Origin: Alphaproteobacteria bacterium
GTDB taxonomy: Bacteria; Pseudomonadota; Alphaproteobacteria; CACIAM-22H2
Assembly (NCBI GenBank): GCA_016124335.1
Contig: WGNX01000005.1
Span: 475,524-539,523 of the forward strand
DNA length: 64,000 nt
Reading direction: 5' to 3'
The position numbers were made by a program, and so were the translations under genes. The notes under the pieces were generated by a model. It was not told where the DNA came from, did no database searches, and saw only the letters and a list, made by a program, of their open reading frames with translations. Of the stretch, positions 29,610-38,996 are shown in pieces. The first letter of the stretch is position 1; each line of letters starts with the position of its first letter.

Positions 29610-29951
29610 CTAGACCGGCGGGCCCGGCGGCAGGACCGGGGCGGCCGGAATGACGGCGGGGGCTTGGCTGGCGGCAGTGCCGCGCGCCTGGGAAAGTTCG
29701 CGTTCAAGTGCGGCCGCGCGCCGCACGGCCTCGCGTGCCCGCCTGCGTGTGCGGCCCTGCGCCAGCCACGTCACGATCGCGCCCAGCGCGAAGCCGATAT
29801 AGAGGGCGCCCACCAGTGCCACGAAGACCGGCATCGCGAAGGACGGGCCGACGGGCCAGAAATCGACGGTGACGTCGCCCCGGTTGCCGAGCGCGAACAC
29901 GCCCGCAAGCGCGGCGAGGACGCCTGCCAATATCCAGTAGACGACCCGCAC
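29610..29951 (-). CDS. LapA-like (DUF1049) inner-membrane protein
   Basis: 113 aa with two TM segments and a basic coiled C-terminus. Conserved position directly downstream of ihfB. Confidence 0.65.
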   Translation of the reverse strand: MRVVYWILAGVLAALAGVFALGNRGDVTVDFWPVGPSFAMPVFVALVGALYIGFALGAIVTWLAQGRTRRRAREAVRRAAALERELSQARGTAASQAPAVIPAAPVLPPGPPV

Positions 29952-29959
29952 GCCCGGCC

Positions 29960-30256
29960 TCAGCCGGACGACTTGTTGCCGTCGTTGAGCTTTTCGCGAA
30001 GTTCCTTGCCCGTCTTGAAGAACGGGATGAATTTTTCGGTCACGTCGACCGCAGCACCGGTGCGCGGGTTGCGGCCGGTGCGTGCACCCCGGCGCTTCAC
30101 CGAAAACGCGCCGAAACCGCGCAGTTCGACGCGGTGGCCGCGGGCAAGGGCCGCGGTGATTTCGTCGAATACGGTTGTGACAATCCGTTCCACGTCGCGT
30201 TGGTAGAGATGCGGGTTGAGTTCGGCCAGTCGCAAGATCAATTCGGACTTGGTCAT
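29960..30256 (-). CDS. ihfB: Integration host factor beta subunit
   Basis: 98 aa. MTKSELI... with [22 protein letters not shown], the IHF/HU arm. Confidence 0.9.
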   Translation of the reverse strand: MTKSELILRLAELNPHLYQRDVERIVTTVFDEITAALARGHRVELRGFGAFSVKRRGARTGRNPRTGAAVDVTEKFIPFFKTGKELREKLNDGNKSSG

Positions 30257-30285
30257 GGGCCAGACACCCCTAGCGCTTGATATCG

Positions 30286-31212
30286 TTAGCGGAAACGGAG
30301 ATCAGGGTGCCAGACGGCCACGAGCCCGTCAAGCCTAAGCCTTTCGGGCAGATAGCTTTTTCCTAGCGCCGCCCGGACGGCCGCGTGAACGAGCCCGCCG
30401 AACAGGTCTTCGTCCTGCCAGACCTTTATTTCCCGCATCGGAAGGCCCTCGCCGACTCCCTTTGCGGCAAGCCATTCGCGGGCCTCGTCCATGCCCCCCA
30501 GCTCGTCGATCAGGCCGTTTGCCTTGGCCTGCCGGCCGGTGAAAACCCGCCCGTCGGCCAGTGCGAGGGCCTGCGCGCGGTCCATGCCGCGCCGCTCGGC
30601 CACCATGCCCACGAACATGTCGAACATGTCGTCGACCAGCACCTTCGTCGCGGCCCGGCCGGCGGCCGTCAATGGCTCGAACGGGGAGGGGACGGCCTTG
30701 AGCGGGGCGGACTTGATCGCCTCGGCCCCGATGCCGAGTTTCTCGAGCAGGCCGGTCACGTCGGTCGTCTGCATGATCACGCCGATCGAGCCCGTGATCG
30801 TGCCCTCGCGCGCGACGATGTGGTCGGCCGCGATGGCCACCATGTAGCCGCCCGAGGCCGCGACCTCGCCCATCACGGCGACGACGGGCTTGGTCTCGGC
30901 CACCTTGCGCACCGCGCGGTAGAAGCTTTCGCCGCCCACGACCGTGCCGCCGGGACTGTCGATGCGCAGGACCAGCGCTTTCGCGGCGTCCGCGTCCATC
31001 GCGTCGCCCAGCGCTTCGATCAGGTCGGTGTCGTCGTAGATGACGCCCGACAGGCGAAGCTCGGCCACATAGGGCGTGAACTTGGTGGCAAGCCCGCTGC
31101 GGCCGACGAGAAGTGCCAAGGCACCGGCGATGACCAGCACGCAGGCGGCGCGCCAGAAGCCGCGCGAGCGTTTGAGGCGCCGGCGTTCGGCGAGGAGTTC
31201 GGGATCGTCCAT
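30286..31212 (-). CDS. sppA: Signal peptide peptidase SppA (36K type)
   Basis: 308 aa. N-terminal [11 protein letters not shown], and the catalytic-Ser region VAASGGYM. Confidence 0.85.
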   Translation of the reverse strand: MDDPELLAERRRLKRSRGFWRAACVLVIAGALALLVGRSGLATKFTPYVAELRLSGVIYDDTDLIEALGDAMDADAAKALVLRIDSPGGTVVGGESFYRAVRKVAETKPVVAVMGEVAASGGYMVAIAADHIVAREGTITGSIGVIMQTTDVTGLLEKLGIGAEAIKSAPLKAVPSPFEPLTAAGRAATKVLVDDMFDMFVGMVAERRGMDRAQALALADGRVFTGRQAKANGLIDELGGMDEAREWLAAKGVGEGLPMREIKVWQDEDLFGGLVHAAVRAALGKSYLPERLRLDGLVAVWHPDLRFR

Positions 31213-31311
31213 GCGGGCGACAATCTAGGGCCGTGCGGGCATATGAACAAGCGTGGCTCCATTCGCCGACCCTCGTTCGTCAAGCCCGGGGATGACGGCT
31301 TTGCGTGGCGC

Positions 31312-31344
31312 AAAGAAAAAGGGGCGGGTCTTTCGACCCGCCCC
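31312..31344 (-). terminator. Rho-independent terminator after rpsA
   Basis: On the minus strand, GGGGCGGGTC-GAAA-GACCCGCCCC (10-bp stem) followed by TTTTTCTTT. It lies about 30 nt after the rpsA stop. Confidence 0.65.
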
Positions 31345-31375
31345 CCGTGCTTTCCGGCACGAAAAGGAGGAGGGA

Positions 31376-33103
31376 TTACTCCCCTTCCTTCTCCGCCTTG
31401 CGCTTGAGGGCCGCGCCGAGGATGTCGCCCAGCGAAGCGCCCGAGTCCGAAGACCCGAACTGCTGCATGGCTTCCTTGTCTTCCTCGATCTCGCGCGCCT
31501 TGATCGACAGCTGGATCTTGCGGCTCGTGCGATCGAGCTGCGTGATCTTGGCGTCGACCTTCTCGCCCACGGCGTAGCGCTCGGGGCGCTGCTCGGCGCG
31601 GTCGCGGCTCAGGTCCGACTTGCGGATGAAGCCCGTCACGCCTTCGGCCAGCGTCAGCTCGACGCCGTTGTCCTGCACGGCCGAGACCGTGCCGGTGACC
31701 ACGTCGCCCTTCTTGAAGCCCGAGACGGCCGATTCGAACGGATCGTTCGAGAGCTGCTTGATGCCCAGCGAGATGCGTTCCTTCTCGACGTCGACGTCGA
31801 GAACCTTGACCTTGACCTTGTCGCCCTTCTTGTAGGCCTTGATCGCCTCTTCGCCGGTCTTTTCCCAGTCGATGTCCGACAGGTGGACCATGCCGTCGAT
31901 GTCGCCGGGCAGGCCCACGAACAGGCCGAACTCGGTGATGTTCTTGACCTCGCCTTCCAGCTCGGTGCCGGCCTGGAACTTCGTCTTGAAGACGTCCCAG
32001 GGATTGTCCATGCACTGCTTGAGGCCCAGCGAGATGCGGCGCTTCGAGCTGTCGACGTCGAGCACCATCACTTCGACTTCCTGCGAGGTCGAGACGATCT
32101 TGCCCGGGTGGACGTTCTTCTTCGTCCAGCTCATTTCCGAGACGTGGACGAGGCCTTCGATGCCCGGCTCCAGTTCGACGAACGCGCCGTAGTCGGTGAT
32201 GTTCGTCACGCGGCCCTTGAAGCGCGCGTTGGCCGGGTACTTGGCGGCCACGCCTTCCCACGGATCGGCCTCGAGCTGCTTCATGCCCAGCGAGATGCGC
32301 TGGGTTTCGGCGTTGAAGCGGATGACCTGCACCTTGACGTGCTGGCCGATCGACAGCGCTTCCGACGGGTGGTTGATGCGCTTCCAGGCGATGTCGGTGA
32401 CGTGCAGCAGGCCGTCGACGCCGCCGAGGTCCACGAACGCGCCGTAATCGGTGATGTTCTTGACCACGCCTTCGAGCACCTGGCCTTCCTTGAGCGAGGC
32501 GACCAGTTCCGAACGCTGCTCGGCGCGCGTCTCTTCCAGCACCGCACGGCGCGAGACGACGATGTTGCCGCGCGAGCGGTCCATCTTCAGGATCTGGAAG
32601 GGCTGCGGGGTGCCCATCAGCGGGGTGATGTCGCGCACTGGACGGATGTCCACCTGGCTGCCGGGAAGGAAGGCAACCGCACCGCCAAGGTCGACCGTGA
32701 AGCCGCCCTTGACGCGACCGAAGATCACGCCGGTCACGCGCGCGTTGTCCTTGAAGTTCTTGTCGAGGGCACCCCACGCCTCTTCGCGGCGCGCCTTGTC
32801 GCGGCTGAGCGAGGCCTCGCCATGCTTGTCTTCCATGCGCTCGACGAACACGTCGACCGTGTCGCCGGCCTTGAGCTCGGCCGGCGTGCCGGCGGCCCCG
32901 AATTCCTTCAGCGCCACGCGGCCTTCGGCCTTGAGGCCGACATCGATCACCGCATAGTCGCCCTCGATGGCAACGATCGTGCCCTTGACGACGCGGCCGT
33001 CGAACGACCCGCTTGCGCCAAGCGACTCTTCGAGCAGAGCCGCAAAATTCTCGCCACTCGCCGGCGCGCTCTGCGCGCGGGCCAGACTGGAAGCCTTCGC
33101 CAT
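31376..33103 (-). CDS. rpsA: 30S ribosomal protein S1
   Basis: ORF 31376..33286 trimmed to MAKASSLARAQ. Six S1 repeats, for example VVKNITDYGAFVDLGG and VTNITDYGAFVELEPG. Confidence 0.95.
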   Translation of the reverse strand: MAKASSLARAQSAPASGENFAALLEESLGASGSFDGRVVKGTIVAIEGDYAVIDVGLKAEGRVALKEFGAAGTPAELKAGDTVDVFVERMEDKHGEASLSRDKARREEAWGALDKNFKDNARVTGVIFGRVKGGFTVDLGGAVAFLPGSQVDIRPVRDITPLMGTPQPFQILKMDRSRGNIVVSRRAVLEETRAEQRSELVASLKEGQVLEGVVKNITDYGAFVDLGGVDGLLHVTDIAWKRINHPSEALSIGQHVKVQVIRFNAETQRISLGMKQLEADPWEGVAAKYPANARFKGRVTNITDYGAFVELEPGIEGLVHVSEMSWTKKNVHPGKIVSTSQEVEVMVLDVDSSKRRISLGLKQCMDNPWDVFKTKFQAGTELEGEVKNITEFGLFVGLPGDIDGMVHLSDIDWEKTGEEAIKAYKKGDKVKVKVLDVDVEKERISLGIKQLSNDPFESAVSGFKKGDVVTGTVSAVQDNGVELTLAEGVTGFIRKSDLSRDRAEQRPERYAVGEKVDAKITQLDRTSRKIQLSIKAREIEEDKEAMQQFGSSDSGASLGDILGAALKRKAEKEGE

Positions 33104-33191
33104 TTCCGTAGTTCCTCTCGTATTCAACGCCGGGCGTCCGTAAGGCGGAATGCCTTCGGCCGACGCCGGGGCTGGAGTTCGCGCCCGGGGA

Positions 33192-33809
33192 CTATCCCCG
33201 CGCGCGCGTCTTCGCCGATATGAGGCCGAGAGCCATCCGGAACGCTTCGTCGGGATCGAGATCGGACGTGTCGAGCACGTCGGCATCCGGTGCCGGCTTC
33301 ATCGGGGCATCAGCACGTTGGCTGTCGCGCCGGTCGCGTTCCGCCAGATCGGCGAAAACGGCCGCATATATAGGTGTTTCGCCCCGGGCGAGCAACTCGT
33401 TAAATCGGCGCTTCGCGCGCGCCTCGGGGCTTGCCGTCACGAACAGTTTCACTGTTTCCGGCCACGGGCACACGACCGTGCCGATATCGCGCCCGTCGAG
33501 CACGGCTCCGCCCGGGCGCCGGGCGAAATTCTGCTGGAATTCCAACAGGGCGGCACGCACGGCCGGGATCGCGGCCACGCGCGAGGCCTGCGCGCCGACC
33601 GCCCCGCTGCGCAGGTCCGGCGCGTCCATATCCCCGATCCGGAAGGCGGCCGCGGCGGCTTCGGGCGTTTCGCCGGTGCGCAGCGCACGCGACGCCACGG
33701 CGCGGTAGAGCGCGCCCGTGTCCAGATGCGGCACGCCGAAATGCGCGGCGATCCGCTTGGCAAGCGTGCCCTTGCCGGCCGCGGCCGGGCCGTCGAGCGC
33801 GATGATCAC
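33192..33809 (-). CDS. cmk: Cytidylate kinase
   Basis: Last 205 aa of ORF 33192..35297 from the GTG ([20 protein letters not shown]-loop). GTGA overlap with the aroA stop. Confidence 0.85.
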   Translation of the reverse strand: MIIALDGPAAAGKGTLAKRIAAHFGVPHLDTGALYRAVASRALRTGETPEAAAAAFRIGDMDAPDLRSGAVGAQASRVAAIPAVRAALLEFQQNFARRPGGAVLDGRDIGTVVCPWPETVKLFVTASPEARAKRRFNELLARGETPIYAAVFADLAERDRRDSQRADAPMKPAPDADVLDTSDLDPDEAFRMALGLISAKTRARG

Positions 33810-35176
33810 GCGCCGACCTTGATCTCGCCGCCCAGCGTGCGCACGAGTTCGACGAAGCCCGGGAAGCTCGTCGCGATGGCGCCGATATCGTCGACCGTGA
33901 CGGGCCTGGCCGCGGCAAGGCCCATGACGAGGAAGCTCATCGCGATGCGGTGATCGAGATGCGTCTTTATCGCGGGCGTGCCTGCCTCCATGCCCGGCGG
34001 CGGGCCGCCGTTTCCTTCCACGATCAGGTCGTCGCCCTCGATCGTCGCCTTCACGCCGCACGCCGCAAGCCCGCGCGCGATGGCGGAGAGCCTGTCGCTT
34101 TCCTTGACGCGCAGTTCGTTCAGGCCCCGCATGACCGTGCGGCCCTTCGCGCACGACGCCGCGACGGCCAGGATCGGGTATTCGTCGATCATCGAGGGCG
34201 CGCGCGCGGCCGGCACCTCGACGCCGGAAAGCTGCGTGAAGCGCACGCCGATATCGCCCACCGGCTCGCCCGCCTGCGTGCTCGCGTTGCCGATATCGAG
34301 CGTGGCGCCCATCTCGCGCAGCGTCTGGTAAAGGCCCGTGCGGCGCGGGTTGAGGCCCACGTTGCGCACGCGCACGTCCGATCCCGGCACGACGAGGCCG
34401 GCGACCAGCGCGAAGGCGGCCGAGGACGGATCGCCGGGCACGCGCACTTCGCGGCCCGTCAGTTCCGGCTGGCCCTTGAGCGCGATGCGCGTGCCCTGAT
34501 CGGTCCGCGTCACGTCGATCTCGGCGCCGAAATGGCGCAGCATCAGCTCGGAATGGTCGCGCGTGCCTTCCTTCTCGTGGACGATCGTGGTGCCCGGCGC
34601 GTTGAGGCCGGCCAGCAGCACGGCACTTTTCACCTGCGCCGACGGGACGGGGACGACATATTCGACCGGGACCGGATCGCTTGCCCCGATGACGGTGAGC
34701 GGCAGCAGCACCTTGCCTTCCGCGCGCCCGCGCGCCACGAAGCGCGCGCCGAATTTTTCCAGCGGGGCCGTCACGCGGCCCATCGGGCGGCGGCGCAGCG
34801 AGGCATCGCCCGTGAAGACCGCGACGATGGGGTGGGCGGCGATCAGGCCCATCAGCAGGCGCGCACCCGTGCCGGCATTGCCGAGGTCGAGCACGTCGGC
34901 CGGCTCCACCAGCGCCCCCACGCCGCGCCCGCGCGCGCGCCAGATGCCGGTCTTCTCCTCGCGCACGATCTCGGCACCCATCTGGCGCATGGCGGCGGCG
35001 GTGCGCAGCACGTCCTCGCCCTCGAGCAGGCCGTGCACGACGGTCTCGCCCACGGCAAGCCCGCCCAGCATCAGCGAGCGGTGCGAGATCGACTTGTCGC
35101 CCGGCACGCCGATCGTGCCGGAAAGCGCATGGCCCGGCCGGCTTGTTGCGGGAACGGGCGGGGCGGCGCTCGACAT
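33806..35176 (-). CDS. aroA: 3-phosphoshikimate 1-carboxyvinyltransferase (EPSP synthase)
   Basis: ORF 33806..35734 trimmed to [10 protein letters not shown]. Motifs [19 protein letters not shown] and [11 protein letters not shown]. Confidence 0.9.
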   Translation of the reverse strand: MSSAAPPVPATSRPGHALSGTIGVPGDKSISHRSLMLGGLAVGETVVHGLLEGEDVLRTAAAMRQMGAEIVREEKTGIWRARGRGVGALVEPADVLDLGNAGTGARLLMGLIAAHPIVAVFTGDASLRRRPMGRVTAPLEKFGARFVARGRAEGKVLLPLTVIGASDPVPVEYVVPVPSAQVKSAVLLAGLNAPGTTIVHEKEGTRDHSELMLRHFGAEIDVTRTDQGTRIALKGQPELTGREVRVPGDPSSAAFALVAGLVVPGSDVRVRNVGLNPRRTGLYQTLREMGATLDIGNASTQAGEPVGDIGVRFTQLSGVEVPAARAPSMIDEYPILAVAASCAKGRTVMRGLNELRVKESDRLSAIARGLAACGVKATIEGDDLIVEGNGGPPPGMEAGTPAIKTHLDHRIAMSFLVMGLAAARPVTVDDIGAIATSFPGFVELVRTLGGEIKVGA

Positions 35177-35368
35177 GGGGCCTCGGAGGTAAAAATGGCG
35201 AGAGTTGACGAGGGCTTGTAGCAATGCGCGCGGCGAGCGGCAACCGTCGCCGGAAGGCCCGGCAGGCGCGGTTGACATGGCCCCCCGGACGTGGCATTTC
35301 CCCCGGCCGTTAAAAAGGGCGCCCGGCGTCTGCGGGTGCCCGTCGGCGGTGTCGTGAAGGAGCGATCG

Positions 35369-35689
35369 ATGGCGAAGGCCGAATGGGGTTTGAAGCGTAC
35401 CTGCCAGTCGTGCGGCGCACGCTTCTACGACATGTCGAAGAGTCCCATCAGCTGCCCCAAGTGCGGCGCTGAATACGACCCCGAAGTGCTGCTGAAGTCG
35501 CGTCGCGGCAAGCCGGCGCCCGTCGTCGTCAAGCCGGCCGTCGTCGAAGAGGTCGAAACGCCCGAGCCCGAAGCGGCCGAAGGCGAGGAGGCCGAGGAAG
35601 ATGCGGTGATCGAGGACACCTCGGAGCTGGGCGAGGACGAAGAGGACGTCGCCGAGGTCATCGAGAACGTCGAGGACGAGGAGCGCTGA
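35369..35689 (+). CDS. Zinc-ribbon protein with acidic tail (TIGR02300 / FYDLN_acid family)
   Basis: ORF 35291..35689 trimmed to [22 protein letters not shown]...CPKCG. Strongly acidic C-terminus. GAAGGAG RBS. Confidence 0.7.
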   Translation: MAKAEWGLKRTCQSCGARFYDMSKSPISCPKCGAEYDPEVLLKSRRGKPAPVVVKPAVVEEVETPEPEAAEGEEAEEDAVIEDTSELGEDEEDVAEVIENVEDEER

Positions 35690-35710
35690 GGCGCCAGGGC
35701 CTGCCCGCTG

Positions 35711-35739
35711 TTGACCGGGCCGGGCTTTCGCCATAAATA
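35711..35739 (+). promoter_or_regulatory. Candidate sigma70-type promoter for tRNA-Ala
   Basis: TTGACC (35711-35716), 17 nt, then TAAATA (35734-35739), about 45 nt upstream of the mature tRNA 5' end. Confidence 0.45.
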
Positions 35740-35781
35740 ACGCGCCAGATATCGGGGACCCATCCCCGGTAACAAAGTTTC

Positions 35782-35857
35782 GGGGCCATAGCTCAGCTGG
35801 GAGAGCGCCGCAATGGCATTGCGGAGGTCAGCGGTTCGATCCCGCTTGGCTCCACCA
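35782..35857 (+). tRNA. tRNA-Ala (anticodon GGC)
   Basis: Hand-folded cloverleaf: acceptor GGGGCCA/TGGCTCC with the G3:U70 Ala identity pair, D-stem GCTC/GAGC, anticodon stem CCGCA/TGCGG with loop ATGGCAT, T-arm AGCGG-TTCGATC-CCGCT, and an encoded CCA. Confidence 0.9.
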
Positions 35858-35865
35858 GGATGAAA

Positions 35866-35905
35866 CAAGGGCTTCGCCGGAAACGGCGAAGCCCTTGTCA
35901 GTTTT
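35866..35905 (+). terminator. Rho-independent (probably bidirectional) terminator after tRNA-Ala
   Basis: 14-bp perfect stem CAAGGGCTTCGCCG-GAAA-CGGCGAAGCCCTTG followed by TCAGTTTT. It sits between the tRNA and the convergent endonuclease gene. Confidence 0.6.
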
Positions 35906-35916
35906 CGGAGCGCGTT

Positions 35917-37152
35917 TCAGCCAGGTACGGAAAGTAGCCGGACGTCGGCAATGAAGCTTTCGAGGCTCACAAGATGTGGCCTCACCGCAGCCGGAAACGA
36001 CACATGGAGATCTTGGGGGACCACGAGCTGTACGCCCGCCGCGTTCATCTCGCGGAACTGCCCTTCGGACACTCCTTCCTGGAGTGTCAGGAGGCACTTT
36101 CGAGGAATCCGGTTGGCCTCGTTGAGAATTTGCCGCCAGCGGTCGCGGCACGTCGTCTTGACGGCCAGCATCCGCAATCGGTCTGCCGGAAATGCGTTGT
36201 CTTCATACGCCGCCTGCGAAGGGAACAGGAAGTCAGGACGCTTCCCGTCTTCGATGACCGGTTTGTGCTGGAAGTCGGCACCCTGCTTCAGACCCTCTTC
36301 GGTGAAAATCTCGCGCGCATGGAGTTCGAGCGAATTTCCCGACCGCGATTTCCGGCTCTGAAGCAGTGACTGCGCAAGCGAGAGGAATGCCTCGATCGAT
36401 TCGAAAGGCCCCTTGATGCGGTCGCCGAAGTACGCTTTTTCGACGCTCCTGAATATCTCGAACTCGCAAGCCCTTCGCCGGAGGATGCGCCGGTCCGGGG
36501 CATCGCCGGTGCTGCTGCGCATCGCGACGGATTTCCGGATGATTTCCTCTCCAGAAGGGAAGCGTTCCAGCCATGCCGGCGGTATCTCCGCGCGTGACAG
36601 GCTGCAGTCGGCCCGCACGGGCGCGAAAAACAGATCGGTCCGGCGGCCGTCGGCGGCATTCCAGACCGTGCAACTTCCCGGTTCGACCGGCCCGATCCAT
36701 TCCTCGACCAGATCTTCCTCTTCCGTGCCATTCGCACAGACCCAGACATGGCAGGCGATTCCACCTGTCATGCCATCCGGTGCGAAAGCGAACACCGCGA
36801 GCGCCCCGGTACTCTCCGGGTCCAGAAGGGCGGACATGCGGCCGCCAAAGTTCGTCAGACGTGTTTCATCACGCGTGCCATCGCCGAAGCGTTTGCCATT
36901 GTAGTAAATGGCGCGGACAGTCCGGTGATCGGCATGTGAGTCGACATAGAGGTCAAAGCGGACATCAGGATTCTTCTTCTCGACAGTATCAAGAGAAGGG
37001 AACTGTTCGAAAAGGAACGCTTTGGGGATGTACGGTCCGGCCTGGTGCGAGCCATTTGCGAGCGTATCGTTGCCCGAAAGCCTTTTCACCAGCCAGACCG
37101 ATTCCGGCCGCGCATTTGCGTGGAGCCATTCGGAAAGACTGGAAACCGGCAT
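35917..37152 (-). CDS. Type IIE restriction endonuclease, EcoRII family (predicted CCWGG-type specificity)
   Basis: ORF 35917..37266 trimmed to [10 protein letters not shown]-terminal effector domain VKRLSGNDT...RAIYYNGKRFG...LLDPESTGALAVFAF...HVWVCANGTEEEDL. C-terminal catalytic domain RPDFLFPS...LRMLAVKTTCRDRWRQILNEA...LTLQEGVS. This closely parallels EcoRII as I remember it. Confidence 0.85.
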   Translation of the reverse strand: MPVSSLSEWLHANARPESVWLVKRLSGNDTLANGSHQAGPYIPKAFLFEQFPSLDTVEKKNPDVRFDLYVDSHADHRTVRAIYYNGKRFGDGTRDETRLTNFGGRMSALLDPESTGALAVFAFAPDGMTGGIACHVWVCANGTEEEDLVEEWIGPVEPGSCTVWNAADGRRTDLFFAPVRADCSLSRAEIPPAWLERFPSGEEIIRKSVAMRSSTGDAPDRRILRRRACEFEIFRSVEKAYFGDRIKGPFESIEAFLSLAQSLLQSRKSRSGNSLELHAREIFTEEGLKQGADFQHKPVIEDGKRPDFLFPSQAAYEDNAFPADRLRMLAVKTTCRDRWRQILNEANRIPRKCLLTLQEGVSEGQFREMNAAGVQLVVPQDLHVSFPAAVRPHLVSLESFIADVRLLSVPG

Positions 37153-37607
37153 CAGGTTCCGCCCCGGATCGAGCCGGCTTTCCGCGGTCCGGCGATCCAT
37201 CGTGCGGTACGGATGATCAAGGCGTCGATTCCGATGCGCCCGCGCCCGCGCATCGCGCATTCCCATATAGTCAGGACCCGCCAGCCGACCTGCTTGATCT
37301 CGGACATCGCCCGCGCGTCGCGCTCCCTGTTCCGGTCAATTTTCACGATCCAGAATGCCCGGTTGTTTGCCGGCTGTCGATACATCGGACAGTCGTGCCC
37401 GTGCCAAAAGCAGCCATTCACGAAGATGGCCACCTTGTGCTTGGGAAGCACGATGTCCGGTCGGCCCGGCAGGCCAGCCTTGTGCAGCCTGAATCGGAAA
37501 CCCATCGCGTGCAGCGCGCGCCTGACCGCGATCTCCGGCTTCGTGTTCTTGCCCTTGACAGCCGCCATCATGCGGCTGCGCGTTTCGCGGTCGACGATAT
37601 CAGCCAA
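37152..37607 (-). CDS. vsr: Very short patch repair endonuclease Vsr
   Basis: C-terminal part of ORF 37152..37895. A TTG start at 37607 gives [25 protein letters not shown] (compare E. coli Vsr MADVHDKATRSKNMRAI). Motifs [28 protein letters not shown] and [14 protein letters not shown]. An alternative ATG lies at 37667. Confidence 0.85.
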   Translation of the reverse strand: MADIVDRETRSRMMAAVKGKNTKPEIAVRRALHAMGFRFRLHKAGLPGRPDIVLPKHKVAIFVNGCFWHGHDCPMYRQPANNRAFWIVKIDRNRERDARAMSEIKQVGWRVLTIWECAMRGRGRIGIDALIIRTARWIAGPRKAGSIRGGT

Positions 37608-38835
37608 TGGCAGCCCGTAGGGCTTTTCTGCCTTCTGCAACGGCAGCCAGCAGCCACGGCTCGACATGCTTCGCCACCGCTTCCACGACCGGCACGACGA
37701 CGGAATTCCCGAACTGGCGGTATGCTTGGGTGTCCGAGACGGGAATGGCCATCGGCGCCCTGTCCTTGCCGTCGAAACCCATAAGCCGCGCGCACTCGCG
37801 CGGCGTGAGGCGGCGCGGCGCACGGTCGCCCTGTCTGACGAGGATCTCGGAACCGTCCTTGTAATAGCGCGCCGAAAGCGTCCGCGTGACGTCATCCGGC
37901 CCGACGATCCCGAAGCCGAACCCGTTGCCTTTGAGCCGATGCTTCTCGGCGTAATTCCTGAGGTAGGTCCAGAGATGATCAGTCAGGGTGTAGCGAGGAT
38001 GAGCAAGGCCAGCGCTGTCGGTGTACTGGGCATCTACCTCGCCGCCCGGGTGATGCAATATTGAGCCAAGCTTCGGACCCTTCGCGGGATCAGGTATCGG
38101 CAAGGTATCAAGGCTGAATCCGTTCGCTTCCCTGAAACCTACGATGAAGATCCGCTCGCGATGCTGCGGGACCCACGGTTTCGCGTCTATCACCCTTGCC
38201 TTAACCTGGTAACCGAGTTCCTTTTCCAAGACATCTCGGATGACGCGGAAGGTGTTGCCACGGTCATGGTTCACCAGATTCTTCACGTTCTCGAGCACGA
38301 ACGCGGCCGGACGGCAGTGCCCGATAATTCTCGCGACATCATAAAATAGAGTGCCCTGTGCTTCGCAGGCGAAGCCGTGCGGCCGGTTCAGCGCATTTTT
38401 TTTCGAGACGCCAGCGATGGAGAATGGCTGGCAGGGAAAACCGGCCAGGAGCAGGTCATGCGGGGGAATGTCGGCCGGATCGACCGCGCGGATGTCGCCC
38501 GCAATGGAGTGAGTGTCGTTCGGGAAGTTGGCGCGATATGTCGTCTGGCTGTATTTGTCCCACTCGCTGGTGAAGACACATGTTCCGCCGATGGCATCGA
38601 ACCCGCGCCGAAGACCGCCGATCCCCGCGAAAAGGTCAATGAAGTTGAAACGACCGCCATTCTCGGGCTTGGAGGAACGACGGTCGGCGAGCCCCTTCAG
38701 GAGATCGATTGCAGCCTTGCGCGGCGGCGCACCCGACTCCCAGCGGTACAAAGTCCGTTCAGCATAGCCGGTCAATTCGGCCGCTTCACTCAGCGTGACG
38801 CCGGCCTTCTGGCGAATCTCGGAAAAGTCAGTCAC
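37600..38835 (-). CDS. dcm: DNA (cytosine-5)-methyltransferase, Dcm/M.EcoRII-like, with N-terminal XRE-type HTH
   Basis: ORF 37600..38970. Preferred start is the GTG at 38835, with AGAGG 6 nt upstream. HTH segment [25 protein letters not shown]5-MTase motifs [10 protein letters not shown] (I), GFPCQPFS (IV), ENVKNL (VI), [13 protein letters not shown] and [10 protein letters not shown] (X). The overall order resembles E. coli Dcm. Confidence 0.9.
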   Translation of the reverse strand: MTDFSEIRQKAGVTLSEAAELTGYAERTLYRWESGAPPRKAAIDLLKGLADRRSSKPENGGRFNFIDLFAGIGGLRRGFDAIGGTCVFTSEWDKYSQTTYRANFPNDTHSIAGDIRAVDPADIPPHDLLLAGFPCQPFSIAGVSKKNALNRPHGFACEAQGTLFYDVARIIGHCRPAAFVLENVKNLVNHDRGNTFRVIRDVLEKELGYQVKARVIDAKPWVPQHRERIFIVGFREANGFSLDTLPIPDPAKGPKLGSILHHPGGEVDAQYTDSAGLAHPRYTLTDHLWTYLRNYAEKHRLKGNGFGFGIVGPDDVTRTLSARYYKDGSEILVRQGDRAPRRLTPRECARLMGFDGKDRAPMAIPVSDTQAYRQFGNSVVVPVVEAVAKHVEPWLLAAVAEGRKALRAAIG

Positions 38836-38856
38836 TTGGCACCTCTGGGACGATTT

Positions 38857-38871
38857 CTGACACTCTGTCAG
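38857..38871. promoter_or_regulatory. Candidate operator: perfect inverted repeat CTGACA-CTC-TGTCAG upstream of the methyltransferase
   Basis: A 6+3+6 palindrome 22 nt upstream of the GTG start, in the AT-richer leader. A related half-site TGTCAC occurs at about 38965. Confidence 0.4.
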
Positions 38872-38996
38872 GATTCGTCGCGTAGAACAAGAAAAGAACA
38901 TCCTCTTGGGGTCGATCCAGAGGCGTACTAGATATTTGATTCCGCCCTTAATTTCCGAAAACACTGTCACTGGTCAAATTCTCGGCGGGAGAGCGC

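Larger units (their letters stand above)
35899..38966. other. About 3.1-kb restriction-modification/repair islet next to tRNA-Ala (visibly lower G+C than the flanks)
   Basis: Three co-directional overlapping genes (HTH-C5-MTase, vsr, EcoRII-like REase) lie between tRNA-Ala and panE. Composition looks AT-richer by eye. Short inverted repeats sit at both edges. No integrase or transposase is present. Confidence 0.5.

Noticed and set aside
31253-33223. 656-aa plus-strand ORF
   Set aside because: Antisense to rpsA (six clear S1 repeats on the minus strand).
38836-38970. Upstream 45 codons of the methyltransferase ORF (ATG at 38970)
   Set aside because: This stretch is AT-rich leader-like sequence containing the palindromic operator candidate. 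A GTG with a good SD at 38835 starts directly at the HTH. It is kept as an alternative only.
35858-38996. Calling the R-M islet an integrative mobile element with a tRNA-derived att site
   Set aside because: No integrase, recombinase or transposase is present. The only tRNA-like match at the far edge is a 7-nt TCGATCC (38912-38918), far too short to call an att repeat. It is annotated only as an islet.
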